Origin: Monocercomonoides exilis PA203
Lineage: Eukaryota > Protista > Preaxostyla
Assembly (NCBI GenBank): GCA_001643675.2
Contig: LSRY02000034.1
Span: 310,001-374,000, forward strand
DNA: 64,000 nt
Direction: 5' to 3'
Made by a program: the position numbers and the translations under genes. The notes beneath the pieces are model-generated. The model was not told the origin of the DNA and did no database searches. It saw nothing but the letters and a program-made list of their open reading frames with translations. Positions 38,101 through 52,379 of this stretch are shown piece by piece (the stretch's first letter is position 1; every line of letters starts with the position of its first letter).

Positions 38101-40055
38101 CCAAGATGAAATGGGTGAGTGATAGCAGATAAGCTCATTGCAAACGTTTATCAACTCCGCAGAAATTCCACTTCTCACGTTTACAAATGGGACGAACTAT
38201 TTTGTTTTATGAATTTTGTTCGATTTTTCACTTACAAATTTTTTTATCATTTTTCAAAAATTTCTTCTTTTTTAAACACAAGAATGAAAGACTTATAATG
38301 ATAAGGCTGTGGGAAAAGAATGGAACAAATTGTTGTTTTTTTCATAAATTGGGTATTTTTTTTTTTGAAATGTCGCAAATGTTTATTTTCATATTAATCA
38401 AAAATTTCATATTTTGCTCAAATTTCTGTATTACCTCACAATTCTTTTTTTTAATGAATAAAATATCATTATTCAGATATAGATTCCAAATTAGTGAAGT
38501 TTGGTGAATGTTAATTAAAATTTGAGCAAAATTTCTTATTTTTGATTTATTTGAAAATTGAACATTTGCGACTTTTCAAAAAAAATTACCCAAATGCAAG
38601 AATTTTGCTCCATATTCCTTTTTAATACCAAAATGCATTACAGCAGATAAACATTGAAGAACAGATGAAAGATAACAAGTGTTCCCTAAATTTCTAAGCC
38701 CCAATCTTTTTGTTAAGAAATAATCACTATTTGATATCGCTTGCTCTTTGATTGCTATTGATTTATCTATTTTTATATCATCGTTTTCGTAACTTTCTTT
38801 TGTTTCTTTGTCTTCTTTGCTGATATTTGAGTTCGTTGAATCAAAACACGTTTCACTCTGAGAACAGGTTTTATTTTCATTCAATGAATCAGTGTTTTTC
38901 GTAACTTTTTGAAAAAGAACTGGTGAAACGAATGGAGACGTTGATGCAGGATTGAAATATCTTTCTTTTTTAACATCGTGATGAAGCAAAAATTTTGAAC
39001 TGGACGAATCCGTTCTAATTAAATGATCTAATTTTTTGATTTCTAATGTTTTAGCATTTTGATGTTTCAAATTCTTTTCTAAAAAATATCGAAGTTCATG
39101 AGGCTTTTCAAATGCAGGAGAAGGAGGAGCTAGAAGAAGATTTCCATCATCAATATTTCGGATCTTGTCTGATAAATTGCTAAATGTTATGGATTTTCTG
39201 TTGACATTTTTTGACTGATCAGTATTTGAGTTAGCATGTCGATGTTGTTTATTATCTTTAATGTGAGTAACATGATGATCTATTTCCGATTTCGTAATGT
39301 TAATATGCAATTTGGGTTTCAAATTGAGTTCCGGCTTTATCTTTATTTCTTTATTCCATTTTTCTTCATCCAAGCCCTCTTCATAATTTTCATATTTTTG
39401 CTTTTTCATTTTCGTAATTGATGACGAAATTTCTGATGAATGGTTTTTCATCCATTCATTCCCCACGCACCAGTCTGAATAACTCAAGTCTTAAGAAAAT
39501 AAAAATCAGACACAATCATAGAAATGAAATGTGCAAAAACCAAATACCTTTTCTGTGTGAAGGAATTTTTGGAGGAATGGGGATTTAAATTTCGACTTGT
39601 TTTTTTTCTCGTTTGCTTTGAATAATTTATTTTTCTTTGGGTTATGTCATACCCAAAGGAAAGCAAACTATCGTAATTGTGATGTTTTGATAAGGCTTGC
39701 AACATTGTCGTTTGAGTGTGTACTGGGGCGTTATTGAAGGCTGTTGCTAGCTCTTCAAGAAGTTCATGATACTCTCCTATTTTCACGTTTGCATTTATTA
39801 ATAATTAAAACAAATCATTATAAAAGTGTATATAAATGATTTTTCACATAACTTAGAAATCAAAAAACAATGAACCACACCATTCAGCCTCTTTTTTACT
39901 TCTTCCGCAAAGGATGCTGCGCGGCGATAGCTTGTGAGGATATACAACAACAGTTCCACCTTGTCCTTTCCCCCAATGCGCTCAACCTCTGCCCACAAAA
40001 CATCTGCTCTTGAATGAAGAGTTGAGCGTTGAAGATTTGATGTTGAAAAATTCAT
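35143..40055 (-). pseudogene. Sola2-like DDD transposase containing a ubiquitin-specific protease (C19/USP) domain; multi-exon, nonsense-disrupted
   Basis: ATG 40055; intron 39880-39777. USP Cys box GLRNLGNTCYLSSVLQCL (38648-38702), then QQNVCEAFDHLMEML, CLKC, and FFSEEKM..NRVFCEI*KEK. Transposase core RRTDLCGYC, VCVFDFKE, FFCDAGPHNRN, NFFAEHHGKNVCDGEFG. 38178-35143 is one frame broken only by stops at 37972, 37795, 37159, 36442 and 35737. Confidence 0.78.
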
Positions 40056-41874
40056 TATAATTGCAACCTTCTTATGGGTGAAAGATTTTTTTCTTTGAAG
40101 AAAAGCAAAAAGATAATAAATAAATATCCTCTTGAAATTAATTAAAACAAATTCTGCTTTGAAAATTTTATAAAATATAATATTCGCATTCAACTGAGGA
40201 AGCAGTACAATTGAAATGCATTTTTCTGATTTAGACAATTATCGATCTACATGGAATTATTGTTATTCAATAACAATGAACGTTAATGAATACTTGTTCT
40301 TTAAGAAAAATTTATGAAATCATTAGTTGGAGAAGAAATTGGCAGTGGTTTTTAATACGAAAGGATGATTTCACACAACACTCCACGGTGACAGTTGATA
40401 AAAGAAGTCCATTCTCTTGAATAACTTTGAGAAAACACTCTTTCCAAAAAAGGTTAATGAAAAATAGGAGAATAAGAGGATGAGAAAATTTTGAGTGAAA
40501 TACATGAAACTGTGATATTTAAAAAATATAAATGTGGTGCTTGAAGAAGGAAGAACGCGATTATTGAAAAGAGGAATTTTCGACGATCTGTTTCGAACGG
40601 AACCAGCAAAAGAAATACGAGTCAAATGCTTTGTGAGTATTTGTTCACCTCTCTTGAAATATAAACGCAAATAGCGTCTGAAGAAAGAAATCTCAATGCA
40701 AAAGCATTTTTCTCCATTTTCTTTTTAAAATAAACTGGAAGTTATTTGAAGGTGTGTTCTTGGACTATCTAACAATCACGCATTTCAAGATCTGCACGCG
40801 GCCATGTGAGTGGTCGTGTGAAATCAGGGATATGAAGATTGCAAGAATGAGGTCTAACTGACAAAGTAATTTTGGGGGCAGCATCCATTTTTGCCACATG
40901 AAGAGCACAATACACAGCTGTCTCCAGAATATGCGTTGTTCAAAAGAATTCCCGCAGCTTCTTTCAACACAAAAAGCGTTCACAACTTGTGCAAATAGAA
41001 AAACTATCTCCTGAGTCATGCTTCTTCGTGCTGGACAATTCACAAATGTTTCTTCATCCACTTCATCATTGTCACTTTCGTTCCTTTTTCCATCCTCAAT
41101 CTTTTTTGATGATGAAAAAAGAAATAACAGCTTTAATTTTAATACTGCTGCTAATGTTCCCCTCATTTCAATTGGTGTTGGAGACAAAGAGATTAAGATC
41201 GTATGTTTCTAATCTTTGGTTAATGCTTCCACTTAATTGAAAAAAGAAAGCTTCTTCAGACACTCAGAAAATGTGATCTTTTTTGCTGCATTTAAAATGT
41301 TACAACAATGGATGTAATTCATCATTATTATCATATCCTTCTTCCTTGACTTCTAATAATCGCTTTTTTCCTCTTTCTCTTCCTATTCCTTTTCCTCTTT
41401 TTTTCCTCTTCCTCTTCCTCTTCCTCTTCCTCTTCCTCTTCCTCTTCCTCTTCCTCTTGTCTCCAACGTTCTATGCAATCTTCAACAGTAACTGTTTTTT
41501 CGATGCGTTCATTCACATGCTCGTCTTCAGCTTCACTTTACTTCATCTTCTGTTTGATCAACGCTATTCCTGCAGACACAAATAATTCATTCTCCAATGT
41601 TTGCTCAATTGCTTTCTTGTCAGCTTTGGACTCCTTTTTCCATTCCTCCTCCTCCTCATCTTCTTCTTCTTCTTATGAAACTATCTCCTCTTCTCTCTTA
41701 TCCTCCATAAGATCCACTTTCATACACTCTTCCTCAAAATGGTAAATCCGAAGGTTTGTTTTATTCGTTGAAAAGGAAGTTATGCTGATGAGACTTGATG
41801 TCTTTCGAAGCAACATCCACAATTGCTTCAAACTCTCCTTTCTATCTGCTGATGATTTAAAATGGATCTTTTGC

Positions 41875-43600
41875 TTATGAAAGAATGAAAAAGAAGAAGA
41901 TAAATAGAACCGGCTGAGAGATCAATGGTTCTGACACATTCATATTTATGATCTTCACATCAACCATCGACAGCCGCAACAGCGGCACCACAAACACTGA
42001 CGACGATATTGCATAGCCTCCTGTTTTACTCGTGGTGATCACAACATCTTCCAATGAGAGTGACCCACCTCCATCAGACACCACAACCACACTCGGCGAA
42101 GTTTCTGCAGCTGAGTTGCAATCAACCTTCATGTGCAATAAACCAAGGTTACCCGTCGTCACACTGAACAACGCTCCAGTTGATGAAAGTGCTCCTGTTC
42201 CAATCGAACTCTTATCTTTGCCTCTCCCAATAACAGAAAGCTTCTTTTCTCTAATGTCAATCGTTGTTGTCTCGCTTATGTGATTTAAGTCCATCAGTGT
42301 GACCAATAGGCTCACCTGGATCACACTCTTTTCAACTGCAACACCAATGGCTCGGCATGCACTTGACTCATCCAATCCACATAACTCTTCTTCACCACCA
42401 CCACTCACTGCCACAAATCGATTGAGAATCCCTCTCTTCAGCCAATTCCACTTTTCTGTATGCTGAAAATACCAGGTGTTTGCATTCGAGTAGTTGTATG
42501 CATAGCACACTCTCTGTTCATTCGTGTTTGTTGTGTAGCATTCATAGAACGGATTTCCTTTGCTCAAAAAGACATTATAATAATCAACATAATAGGCATC
42601 GTGACCATATGGAGTATCTGCAGAGCATTTGCATTCATGAAAGAACAGGAAATAACAATAAATCACATCATTTTGTGATGCTTGTCTGTATGGATATAAC
42701 TCCAATCCTCCGCCTTCTCTTAATGCTGAACATGAAATGAACTGAATGCTCCTCATTTTCAATAAAACAGGAACATATTGACAAAACATACCTCCACCAC
42801 CAGTATTTGTTATCGAGCATGAAGTGAAACTGCAGTCAAACACACACGCACTCTCCCCTTCTCCATTTTCTGTTGGAATGCATCCTTCTGAAACCTGAAA
42901 ATTTTCAAGATAAAACCCTCCCCCTTGACTATTTGCTTTGCAATTCTGAAATTCACATCCGCTGATCCAAACACATGTTGAAATTGCATAAATGCACATC
43001 CCTCCTCCGAAGCGATTTAGTCCTTCTCATGAATTAAATGTGTCATTCACAATCTCAACAGAATTAATACCATAGCAATGAACGCCTCCGCCACACCAAT
43101 ACGCGACACATTCATTGAATGCACAATGCGAAACTGAAACAGTGGCGGGTGACTGATTGTCCATGCAGATGGACCTTCCGCTTGACACTCCATCAGTCCA
43201 CGAATCGCTTTCTCCTGTTGTTTTCGATCCATCCCATTCACACTAAGTGAATGAATTAGCTCCATTATCTGTTGTATTCTGTCTCCCTGGAGTCAACTTT
43301 CCATCTGCAGTTCCAATGCATTCAACATTCCTTGTTCGACAACATCCAACAAACGATGTATTTGAAGCTGTCAGAGAGGCCAAAGGGTTGTTGAGGGAGG
43401 GAACAATTCCGCTATCGTGCTTATCACAGACTGATGAAAAAAAGCAACTATTCATCTTGTATGAGGTTTGGGATGTCGTTAAGGTTGAATGTGAGTATTC
43501 ATTATTTGCTGTTGTAATATTGAAAAAAAATCAGTTGGAAGAGAAAAATGAGGGGTTTGGAGGGTTTAGAGAAAAATTGGAAAAAATGGGAAAAGTATGA
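41875..43600 (-). pseudogene. Parallel beta-helix-like repeat protein of a large protist family, frameshifted/truncated
   Basis: Repeats such as CEFQNCKANSQGGGFY, CSFTSCSITNTGGGGMFC and FISCSALREGGGL. Upstream parts (43047-43455) are in other frames. Confidence 0.65.
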
Positions 43601-43892
43601 TTAGCTCACTTAAACACTTCCTTCTGCGCATCCTTCTCTTTTGCTTGCCTTTTGAAGCAATGTTGCAAAATAACTTAATATGATTGTTTCCCTTAATTTG
43701 CATTTTGCCCCTTCTTCATCGTCTTCTTTCCTTTTATCCCTTTTTCTTCTGTTGATATCTTCCGCTTGTTTCCAAATATCCTTTTTCTTTTATCGATTTT
43801 GAATGTTCGCGCAAAAGCCCCTATTATTTATTTTAAAAAATATTTAATAATTCAAAAAAAATACAAAAAATAAAATAAATAATATATATATA

Positions 43893-44153
43893 TATGGGTG
43901 ATTATTTTTGAAATCATATTTTTTCATTCATAATTTTCGGTTCAAGGATTTCCTTTGAACAAAAATACATGATCACTGAAGAGTGAAAACACTCAAAAGA
44001 AACATTAGAATATTGATTTCAGCTGATTCACTTAATAATTATACAGTTGTGAAAAATAAAGCATTTGAATTCAAAAGCTCTTTTCAATGACAAGCAAATT
44101 ATTATAAATCTGCAACCCGAAAAAAGTTATGATTTCAAAAATAATCACCCATA
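43893..44153 (+). mobile_element. Best-preserved MITE copy, ~260 bp, perfect 24 bp TIRs, TA flanks
   Basis: TA-TGGGTGATTATTTTTGAAATCATA ... TATGATTTCAAAAATAATCACCCA-TA. Confidence 0.9.
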
Positions 44154-44583
44154 TATAATATTAAAAACATAATATGAAATATGAAAAACTCTGAACCATC
44201 ATCTTTTTGAAATCTTTCCCTTTTCATTTCGCCTCTTCCTCTTTTTCTCCTCAAATTCATATCAAATATCTTCTTCAGTCATTTCTTCAATTTTCTGTTT
44301 TTTCTTTTATCGCATTGCCTTCTTTTCAAATCGCTGCATAGATCTTCAAATTCATCCTCTTCTATCAATTTCGTTTATTTCCTCTTGCTCATTCATCCAT
44401 ATACCCTTCATTCGTCTCCTTTTGCAATCTTTCTGCTATGCATGCACTTGCATTCGCATTGAGTATCCCAGCGATAATCATTATACCTGAATAATATAAT
44501 GAAAATAAAAAAATATATTGCAATTCGAAAAAAACAAAATGATGAGATTTCAAAATATACAAAAAACGAAGAAAGAAAGAAAA

Positions 44584-44615
<32 letters not shown>

Positions 44616-47600
44616 GTATTACACACATTCAAAATATGCCTCAAATTTGTAGCGTCTCCCTCATCTCACCAAAGAGAGATTCTTCTTCGACCTCTTCTGT
44701 TATTCCCTCATTTCCCCCATTTCAATCTCGCAACCCTCTCTTCTCCTGCCAGCTTATTCAGTCCATCCCTTCCTCTTCTGCTTCATCTCCTCCTTCTCCC
44801 TCTTCTCTTTCCCTCTCAAATCCTTTCACAAGACTCCAAAATACATCCATATCAAGTGGGAAAAAAAATCCAAACTATTTCCTCGGTTTCACCAAAAAGC
44901 TTCTCTTGTTCATGTTTCTTCTTCGCTCTCCTCAATCTCTCTTCAAAACAGTCTCCATTTACTCTGTTCAACACCTTTCTATGCCTCATCTTCCTCGTCT
45001 GCCTCGCATGCACCAAGCCAAATCCAATCTTTCTCTTGATGAGCTGCATCCACTGCGCGCACACACCAACAGGTGCATCGAGCAAAATGCTCCAAACTCT
45101 AATCAATAAAAAATAGCATTCAAGCAGAAAGGAGGCTGCAGCGACAGAGGCTGAAAACATAATGATTTCTCATCCCGCACATTTTCTGAACTCAGAAATG
45201 CTCTCTACAGTTCCTGCGACACTGCAACAATCAAAAAGAGCACAGAAATGAAGACGAGGGGGAAAAAGCATACAAAATTGTGCAGAAGTCGAGAACGAAG
45301 ACGAAGAAGACGAAGATGAAGATGAAGAAAATAAGGAAGACGCTTTTGAAGATGGTTTCAAAATCAATAAATAAATATTCGGTTCATCTTCTGCGCAGCC
45401 CAATAAAAATACCCGCTCTTCTGAGTCTCTCCATTTCACCCTTCTCTTCTGCTTTGCCCGCTTTTCAACAAGCAATCAAAATGAAAACCTTTCCCATTCA
45501 TTGCCCATCTGAAATTCTTCCTTTCTGCACACTTCTCTTGCATCTCTCATTCACATCCTTCTTTCCTCTTTTCCTCTTTCTCCTTTCTCCTTTCTCCTTT
45601 CTTCACGCAAATGCTCCTCCTCTTCGTTTCCGAAACTTTCCTCTTCTCTTCCAATCTCTCTATCCCATCCAGCCGCATTCACCCCATCCCACTTACTGTC
45701 TCTCTGTGAAAAATATTAATCATATTCATAGCATAAAACACATAATGGATAATAAAAAAACAGAAAAAAGAAAATAAAAAATACAAAATACAAAATGAAA
45801 AATGAAAAATGAAAAACAAAAAACGAGCAAACATACACCCTCAGGTTTTGCTTCTTCCTCCCCATTTCCTCAGAACTCCCCCCGCTCCCTTTCCAATTCC
45901 TCATCCTCGTGCTGCTGTCCCTTTTCTCGCTGAAAAAACCTTAGCTCTTTCTACAGAAGAAAAGACACTCTGCAATCCTGTTCGGCAAAACTGTCAAAAC
46001 ACCTCCTCCCACACACCTATTTCTGACATTTCTCTCCCACAATCAACATTCACAATAACTCCAATCAATTCAACTGATCCAACAGATGAAACAGGTGTTC
46101 TTTGCAAACATCTCGCCTCTTTCTCCAACAGATGCGTATTCTTCAATTTCCTTCCTACCCTTCCTCTCCTTCCTCTCCTTTCTCTTTTTCTTCCTCTTCT
46201 CTTTATCCCTTTCTTCTGCTCCTCCTTTACCAAACTCCCTTGCCAAGCAATGTGACTACCAAACAATACCCTTGATATTACTCATGAAATCCATCCATCC
46301 CATCTCTCTCTTCTCCTCTCCTCCACAAACTGCTCCTGCTCGCAAAATCCCCAGCAAAATCCCCAGCAAAATCCCCCGCTCAACTGCGTCACTCATTTCG
46401 AAAGAATCATCCAAATCTCAAATATTTCATCTTTATGGATTAATCTGAAAATTTTCATCTACTCAAAAATATCTACTCTTCAACTCATCAAATGCTCAAA
46501 TACACACACCCCGCCTTCTTTTCTGCCCTCCTGCTGACTCCCGCTGCTACAAAATACCCCGCTCCTTTACCTGTCTTGCCCTTCTGCAAATGGCACACCA
46601 AAGACCTCGATGGCCATCTTTCCATGACAGCTGCACAAGCAGCGACGCCTAAAAAAGAATATTTCAGAACAAAAACAGGAACTGGAACTGGAACAAGACA
46701 GAACGGCCATTTCCCGCCCCCAACCCCTCCAAACACCTCCACCAACACACACACGCATTCACAGCTGCAACTCCTCAGCGTCTCTTTCAAGATGAAGTCC
46801 CTTTGCGAACTTCTCTTTCCTGCACTGTTTCATTACATCCTTTCGTTTTGCCTCGCTTCCCGCCCTCCAATCCCCAATCCTGCTGCTTTCATTTTTTTCG
46901 CACTAAAAAAATTATTCTATCCCCTCAATATAGCTAATTGCTGGCTGTCCAATAGGGAAACCTTCTTGTCTTCAACAACGCTGTTTTGCTCCAATTCTGA
47001 TTTCTTGAACATCCAGAAATTGGCTTTGCTCGTTCACCACGGCTTTCCTTGCCAAAAAATGCCCTAAACTGCTCTCCCTGCCTTCTGTTCCAAAATTCTA
47101 TGTAACTTTGTGCAGATTTTGTCCTTCACAGAATTCCTTCTGATTATCTTCATTCAATAAAATATCAGCTGAATTTGTTTTCACCTTTTGCTCCAAATAA
47201 AAATCATATATCTTGCGTAACTTCATTAATTTCCAAATTGCTATTCAATAACAAGCTCCATTCTTATCGTATTGCTCTCCAAAGTGGAGATTGGCCATTT
47301 CAACAATAACTCATATTCCTGCACTTTGGAAAGGATACAGACGGAAATATCTTCACAATCAATAGAACTATAAAAATTATATACATTGCGTCTTTTTGTG
47401 TAATTGATGAAATTGTTGTATTCCCCCTGGCCATCCAATCTCCAATAATTATCAGATTGAATTTCAAAAATATTACATCTCCACCATTTCTTGTTATCTC
47501 AACAGGAAATAATATTCCCAGTTCCACAGATAATGTTAACTCACTGAACTCTCATTTCGTGGACGGAAATTCCAGTTCAAAGAAAATTGTTCGATCATAG

Positions 47601-50600
47601 AATCCATTACAAAAAAGATTCATATAAATTAATCAATTTTCATCTCTGAAAAGCACGAGTGAACGTCGATATAACACAGAAGAATAAGCAATGGTTCAGT
47701 TTTGATGAATTAATTAATGCTGTTGTATTTTTTTTGAAATTTTTGAGTCTGAATGAGGATTCCGTGAAAGGAATACAAAAGAGAAAGATTGAACGATGAA
47801 GAGGAGAATGAGGCCAAAGCCTGGGTTAGTGTGGAAGAAGAAGAGAAGATGGGAATAATTATTTGTGTCAAAAGATGGAAATATATTTCAAGAATCAACA
47901 ATTCAATATAAAACGAAGCATTTCATATTTTGGGGAAAAGACAAAAAGATGTGGGGTTTGTCAGATTTTTATAAATCAATCTTTTCATTTGAAAGAAGTT
48001 TGAGAGATGAGGAAAATGTTGGAATAGGATGAAAAGAAAAAATAATAAAGAGAAATTATCGGATAAAGATGGAAACTGAAAACAAATAATATATCTTGAA
48101 AATAAAACTGTTAGAGCAGTTCAATTGAATTTGTTGTTGTGAACATTGCTTGGTTCTGTTCATTCGTTCCAGGCTCTGTAGTTGGGATAATTGATTCACT
48201 CCAGTTGAATGAATACAAAGTGATATTTATTCATCAAAAAGAAGCGTCATTTCCATCACGTTTGCTATGGTGATGCATATTAGGAAATATTTAGAAATGA
48301 ATGGTTTGATATGTTTTGGAATTTTTCGTTCAATTTTTCAACATTTATGTGTCTGTTTTGAATGGATTTCTCTTCTCTTTTGACGTTTGTCATTCTTAAA
48401 TTTGCTCATGGTTGATATGTTATTGATTTATAATTTCATCCACGATATTATTATAATGAACAAATTGTTTATTATCAAAAAAATGAGCTTATTCATCAAT
48501 ATTTTGATTCAAACAATGAAAAGGCTGAAACCAAGAAGGAATAAAATTTTATGACAAATTGTTTCATTTTTTATCACAATTTAATGCAAAAATCAATTTT
48601 TCAAATACGCCATATTTTTATTCCATTTTTATAATTTGATCTTTTTTATGAAATCAAATAAGATCACTCAAATGCAACAAAGAAGAATTAAATATCTGAA
48701 AGGAAAACTGAAAAAACAAATTTGGACAGTGGGTGGAATTAAATCAAATATCAAAAATCCCAAATCATTTTTTAAGAAAGTGGACAATAGATCATCAATA
48801 TGAATGATCGGAGTGATATGAAGGCATTTTCATACTGGAACTACTGCATGGAGCGATGAATGGAGGGGATACAGCTTAATAAAAAAAGAATGATTCAAAC
48901 TTTTGACAGTCAATCACAAAAAATGTTTCAAGGATAAAAAAACAAACTGTTACACAATCGCAATTGAAGCCTATTGGAGATGTCTTTTTTGTTTTTTCAC
49001 TTGCACAGGGATTCAAGACAAGTACTAGTTTATATTTATCTTCTTTTTCATGCGAAACAAGCACTCAACGCAGATTTTGGTATTTTTGCACTCCATTTTC
49101 TAATCTGTTTTTGAAACATATCATCCATAAAACTTTTGATGAAAAAAGATGAAGTTTTATCACTTTTTTCATTGAAGAGATGACCCAAGAGAAATGACTT
49201 GAAGAATGTGGGATGAATGATGAAAAATACATAAAATAAAAAGAAAAAATATTCAAAAGAAAAATGTAGATGGAATATTTTTTTCTGGAGAATATTATAA
49301 TCTCCTTTGTAAATAGAAGAAGAGAAGAAAATGAAATATGAAGAGGAAGAGGAAGAAGAGGAAGACACTTTCATTGCATTTGAATGCCTCATCACACGAG
49401 AACCACTCACAACAGAAGATGTTGTAGTTGGTGGAGACATCGTCTGTGTAGAGTTTCAGGAGCTCATCTGCAAATGGAATGAGGAATCAGTCAAATAAAA
49501 AGGCGATTGCGATTGCGAAGGAGAGAGGATGCGATACGATGAAACAGTGACAACTTCATTAAAGACTGCGGACACCTAAAAGGATGCTGTGGTTGTTTTG
49601 TCGAAGTCTGCAGTCACTCCAGCCATCGATATGGCTGAAGGAACATATGTTGAAGAAGAAAGTGAGGTCCGAGATAGCGAACGGAAAGATGAGTGGTCAG
49701 AAAAGACGCCATTTGATCTGCATGTCTTCTCTTGGATGGGCACATACACTGGCTGGTCTGAGAAATCTGTGTCTGAACGTGTTGTCTTGTCTTCTCTTGT
49801 ACAGCCTCCACTGCTTATCTCTTCCCAGTTTTCATCGTCATCATCGTTATCTTCTTTTTCTTCTTCTTCTGAGTCATCATCATTATTTCACTTCTTCTCA
49901 TCTCCTGTCCCTTTCATCTCCTGCGCTTCCTCGTTATCCGCCTCCCTCTTCTCTTGAAACACACCAGAAACAGATTCGCATTCAACTGGAGCATCACATC
50001 TTCCTCTAACGGGTTCTCCTTCATCTCCCCTTCGTGTGCCAGTTTCAATAACAGAGCCACCACAAATGTTGATGTTGTCTCATTTGGATGGTTCAATGCA
50101 ACCAGAACAAGCAGATAAATGAAGAGAAGTATCAGGCAGTGGTTCGCAAACGAGTCGCACTCCATTTCTTCTGCTTTCGCTTAGGATATTTATCCTGTAT
50201 GTCTGAAAGTGAATGCGCCGAATCTCTCTCTGCACACCTGCTGCTTCTCCTCAGTCGGTTGCCTTTCTTTTGCATTCTCTGCAACCTTTGCCTTCATTCA
50301 GCTCTTTCTGCTCTTTCTGCTTTCTCTTATTTCCCATCTGCCCAAAACCAGTACGGGATTTTTTGTGCTGAGCACCGACGGAGTCTGGCCAGGCATGATT
50401 GGAGTGATGAATGCATCGTGACAATCTCCTTGTTCTGCCTTTGGATGAGAATCCTCTTTGTCACCCAGCCAGTCTTCACTGAAGGCCATCCATTGTGCTC
50501 CATCATCCGAATGAACGATGCGAAGAAGGAGCTGTTTGATGAGGTGATTTGAGACTCGCTTTGAGGAAGACGAGGCAGAAGAGGCAGGAGATGAAGCGAT

Positions 50601-52379
50601 GGGTGTGTTGGATAGGAGAAGATAAAAGATGGAGATGGAAAGGGTGAAGATTGAGAAGGAGGAGAAGACACAGAGAAAGAAGGGATTTGTCGAGTGGCTG
50701 TAGGATATAAAGGCGAAAGCGAGGGAGATGAAGTGGGATACTTGCTTCCACCGATGCTGTCACAAACGATGTTATTATTGATATTGTTAATGCTGTTGAA
50801 ACTGATAATGTTATTATTGTTATTGTAAGTACAGAAACAGATAGATGGTGAAATTGCAGTTTTCACAGAAGGAACAACCGGTTGGGTTCGAGAAAGAAGC
50901 ACACCTAAGCTGTTAAGTGAAGCTTGCTCAGAATGTGCATGGAAATTAACAGAAAAAGAAGAAGAAGAAGAAGAAGATGCAGATGATGAAGCAGAATGAG
51001 AGGAGGAAGAAAAAAGTGAACGAATCAGAGGCTGAAGTTGCAGATGAGGTGGCTGAGAAAGAAGAAGAAGAAGAAGGATTATGAAAATCCGGGGAAGGTT
51101 AAAGGGGAGCAAACTAATTTTTGAGTGTTGGGTTCATCGTATTTCTCAGGGACATGATGTATTTCGTCTCTTTGCTTGAGAGTTTTTGGGATTGTATCAA
51201 GGAATAAAGGGAAATGGAAGAAGAAGAAGAATAAGAAGCAGCGTTCCCAATAACAAATGGGAGAGAAAGAAATGGCATAGCTTGTTCACTTCCTCTATCT
51301 GCAGAAGGAAAATGATGAGGAGACGAAGTGAAAGCAGTCTGATTTGTGTTGAGCGAAGCGTCAGAAGCAGCAGATGAAGATGATGGTGAATGAGAATTTT
51401 CATAACCAGCAAATGCGAAAAGGCTAAGGTTGGAAGAGAAGTCAGTGGAGACACAGAAAAAGAAGAAGAAGAAGAGAAATAACATTCATTTGTCAAAAAA
51501 ATTTTGGTAGGTTGGAAAAATTCGGATTTCGTAATGGCCAACTGCAACAACAGATGGAAAATCCATTCTATGTCTCCACATGAGAATTTAAACACTTTAC
51601 AATGAAATTCTCAAATACGAAGAAGATGTTCTTTCCATCGGCCATATAAATAAAAAAATATCTTATATAAAGAGATCGAAGAAGAAAAAGAAGAAACCAG
51701 ATAATTCGCAAGAATGCTGCTTGAAATGGATTGTTCCTGAAAATGATGCACAACATGAAAAAAAAAGCTATTCATCGAAATGGAAATAAAATTGAAAAAA
51801 TACTTGAAAATTATTGGTTTTGGATTGACAATAAAAAATCCTCAAAAGAACACTCCTTTCCTTTCTATCGCAAATGCAGAAGATTGTCCAGTCACCAATG
51901 CTTCCTTTCTACTTTTCCATTGTTTCCCTGTGCTCCATTCTCCATCGTCCTATTTTCTTACATAAAAATCCAATTTTTAATGATGTAATCCATCTTATTC
52001 ATAAAGAAAAAAAAATATTTCTGTCCTTCCCCGCAAATGCTGCCTTTTGTTTGCATTCTTCTTTGCTGAAAAAAGTTTCCCGTTAGATTCAATAGAAAAA
52101 CAATAAATATAATTTTCAATCATGTTTCGTATTGTTTTTTTAACACGCTTTTTTCAATTTTTTCTATATAGCTTATGACCAAGTATTTTGATTTTTATCC
52201 TTTAACCGGGTTTTATAAAGATTTCACATGAAAGATAGACTTGCCACGGATTTTTCGTTGTTTATCAGAAAAATAACTATTTTTGTTGAAAGAATGAGAA
52301 ATTTTAGGAACAACAAAGTTGTTTCAATGAACAGCTTTAACTATTCGTTAAAACTTGTTTGTATTCAGTATCAATAATT

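Noticed and set aside
44400-52300. Numerous short ORFs
   Set aside because: Low-complexity or decayed fragments with no recognisable motifs.
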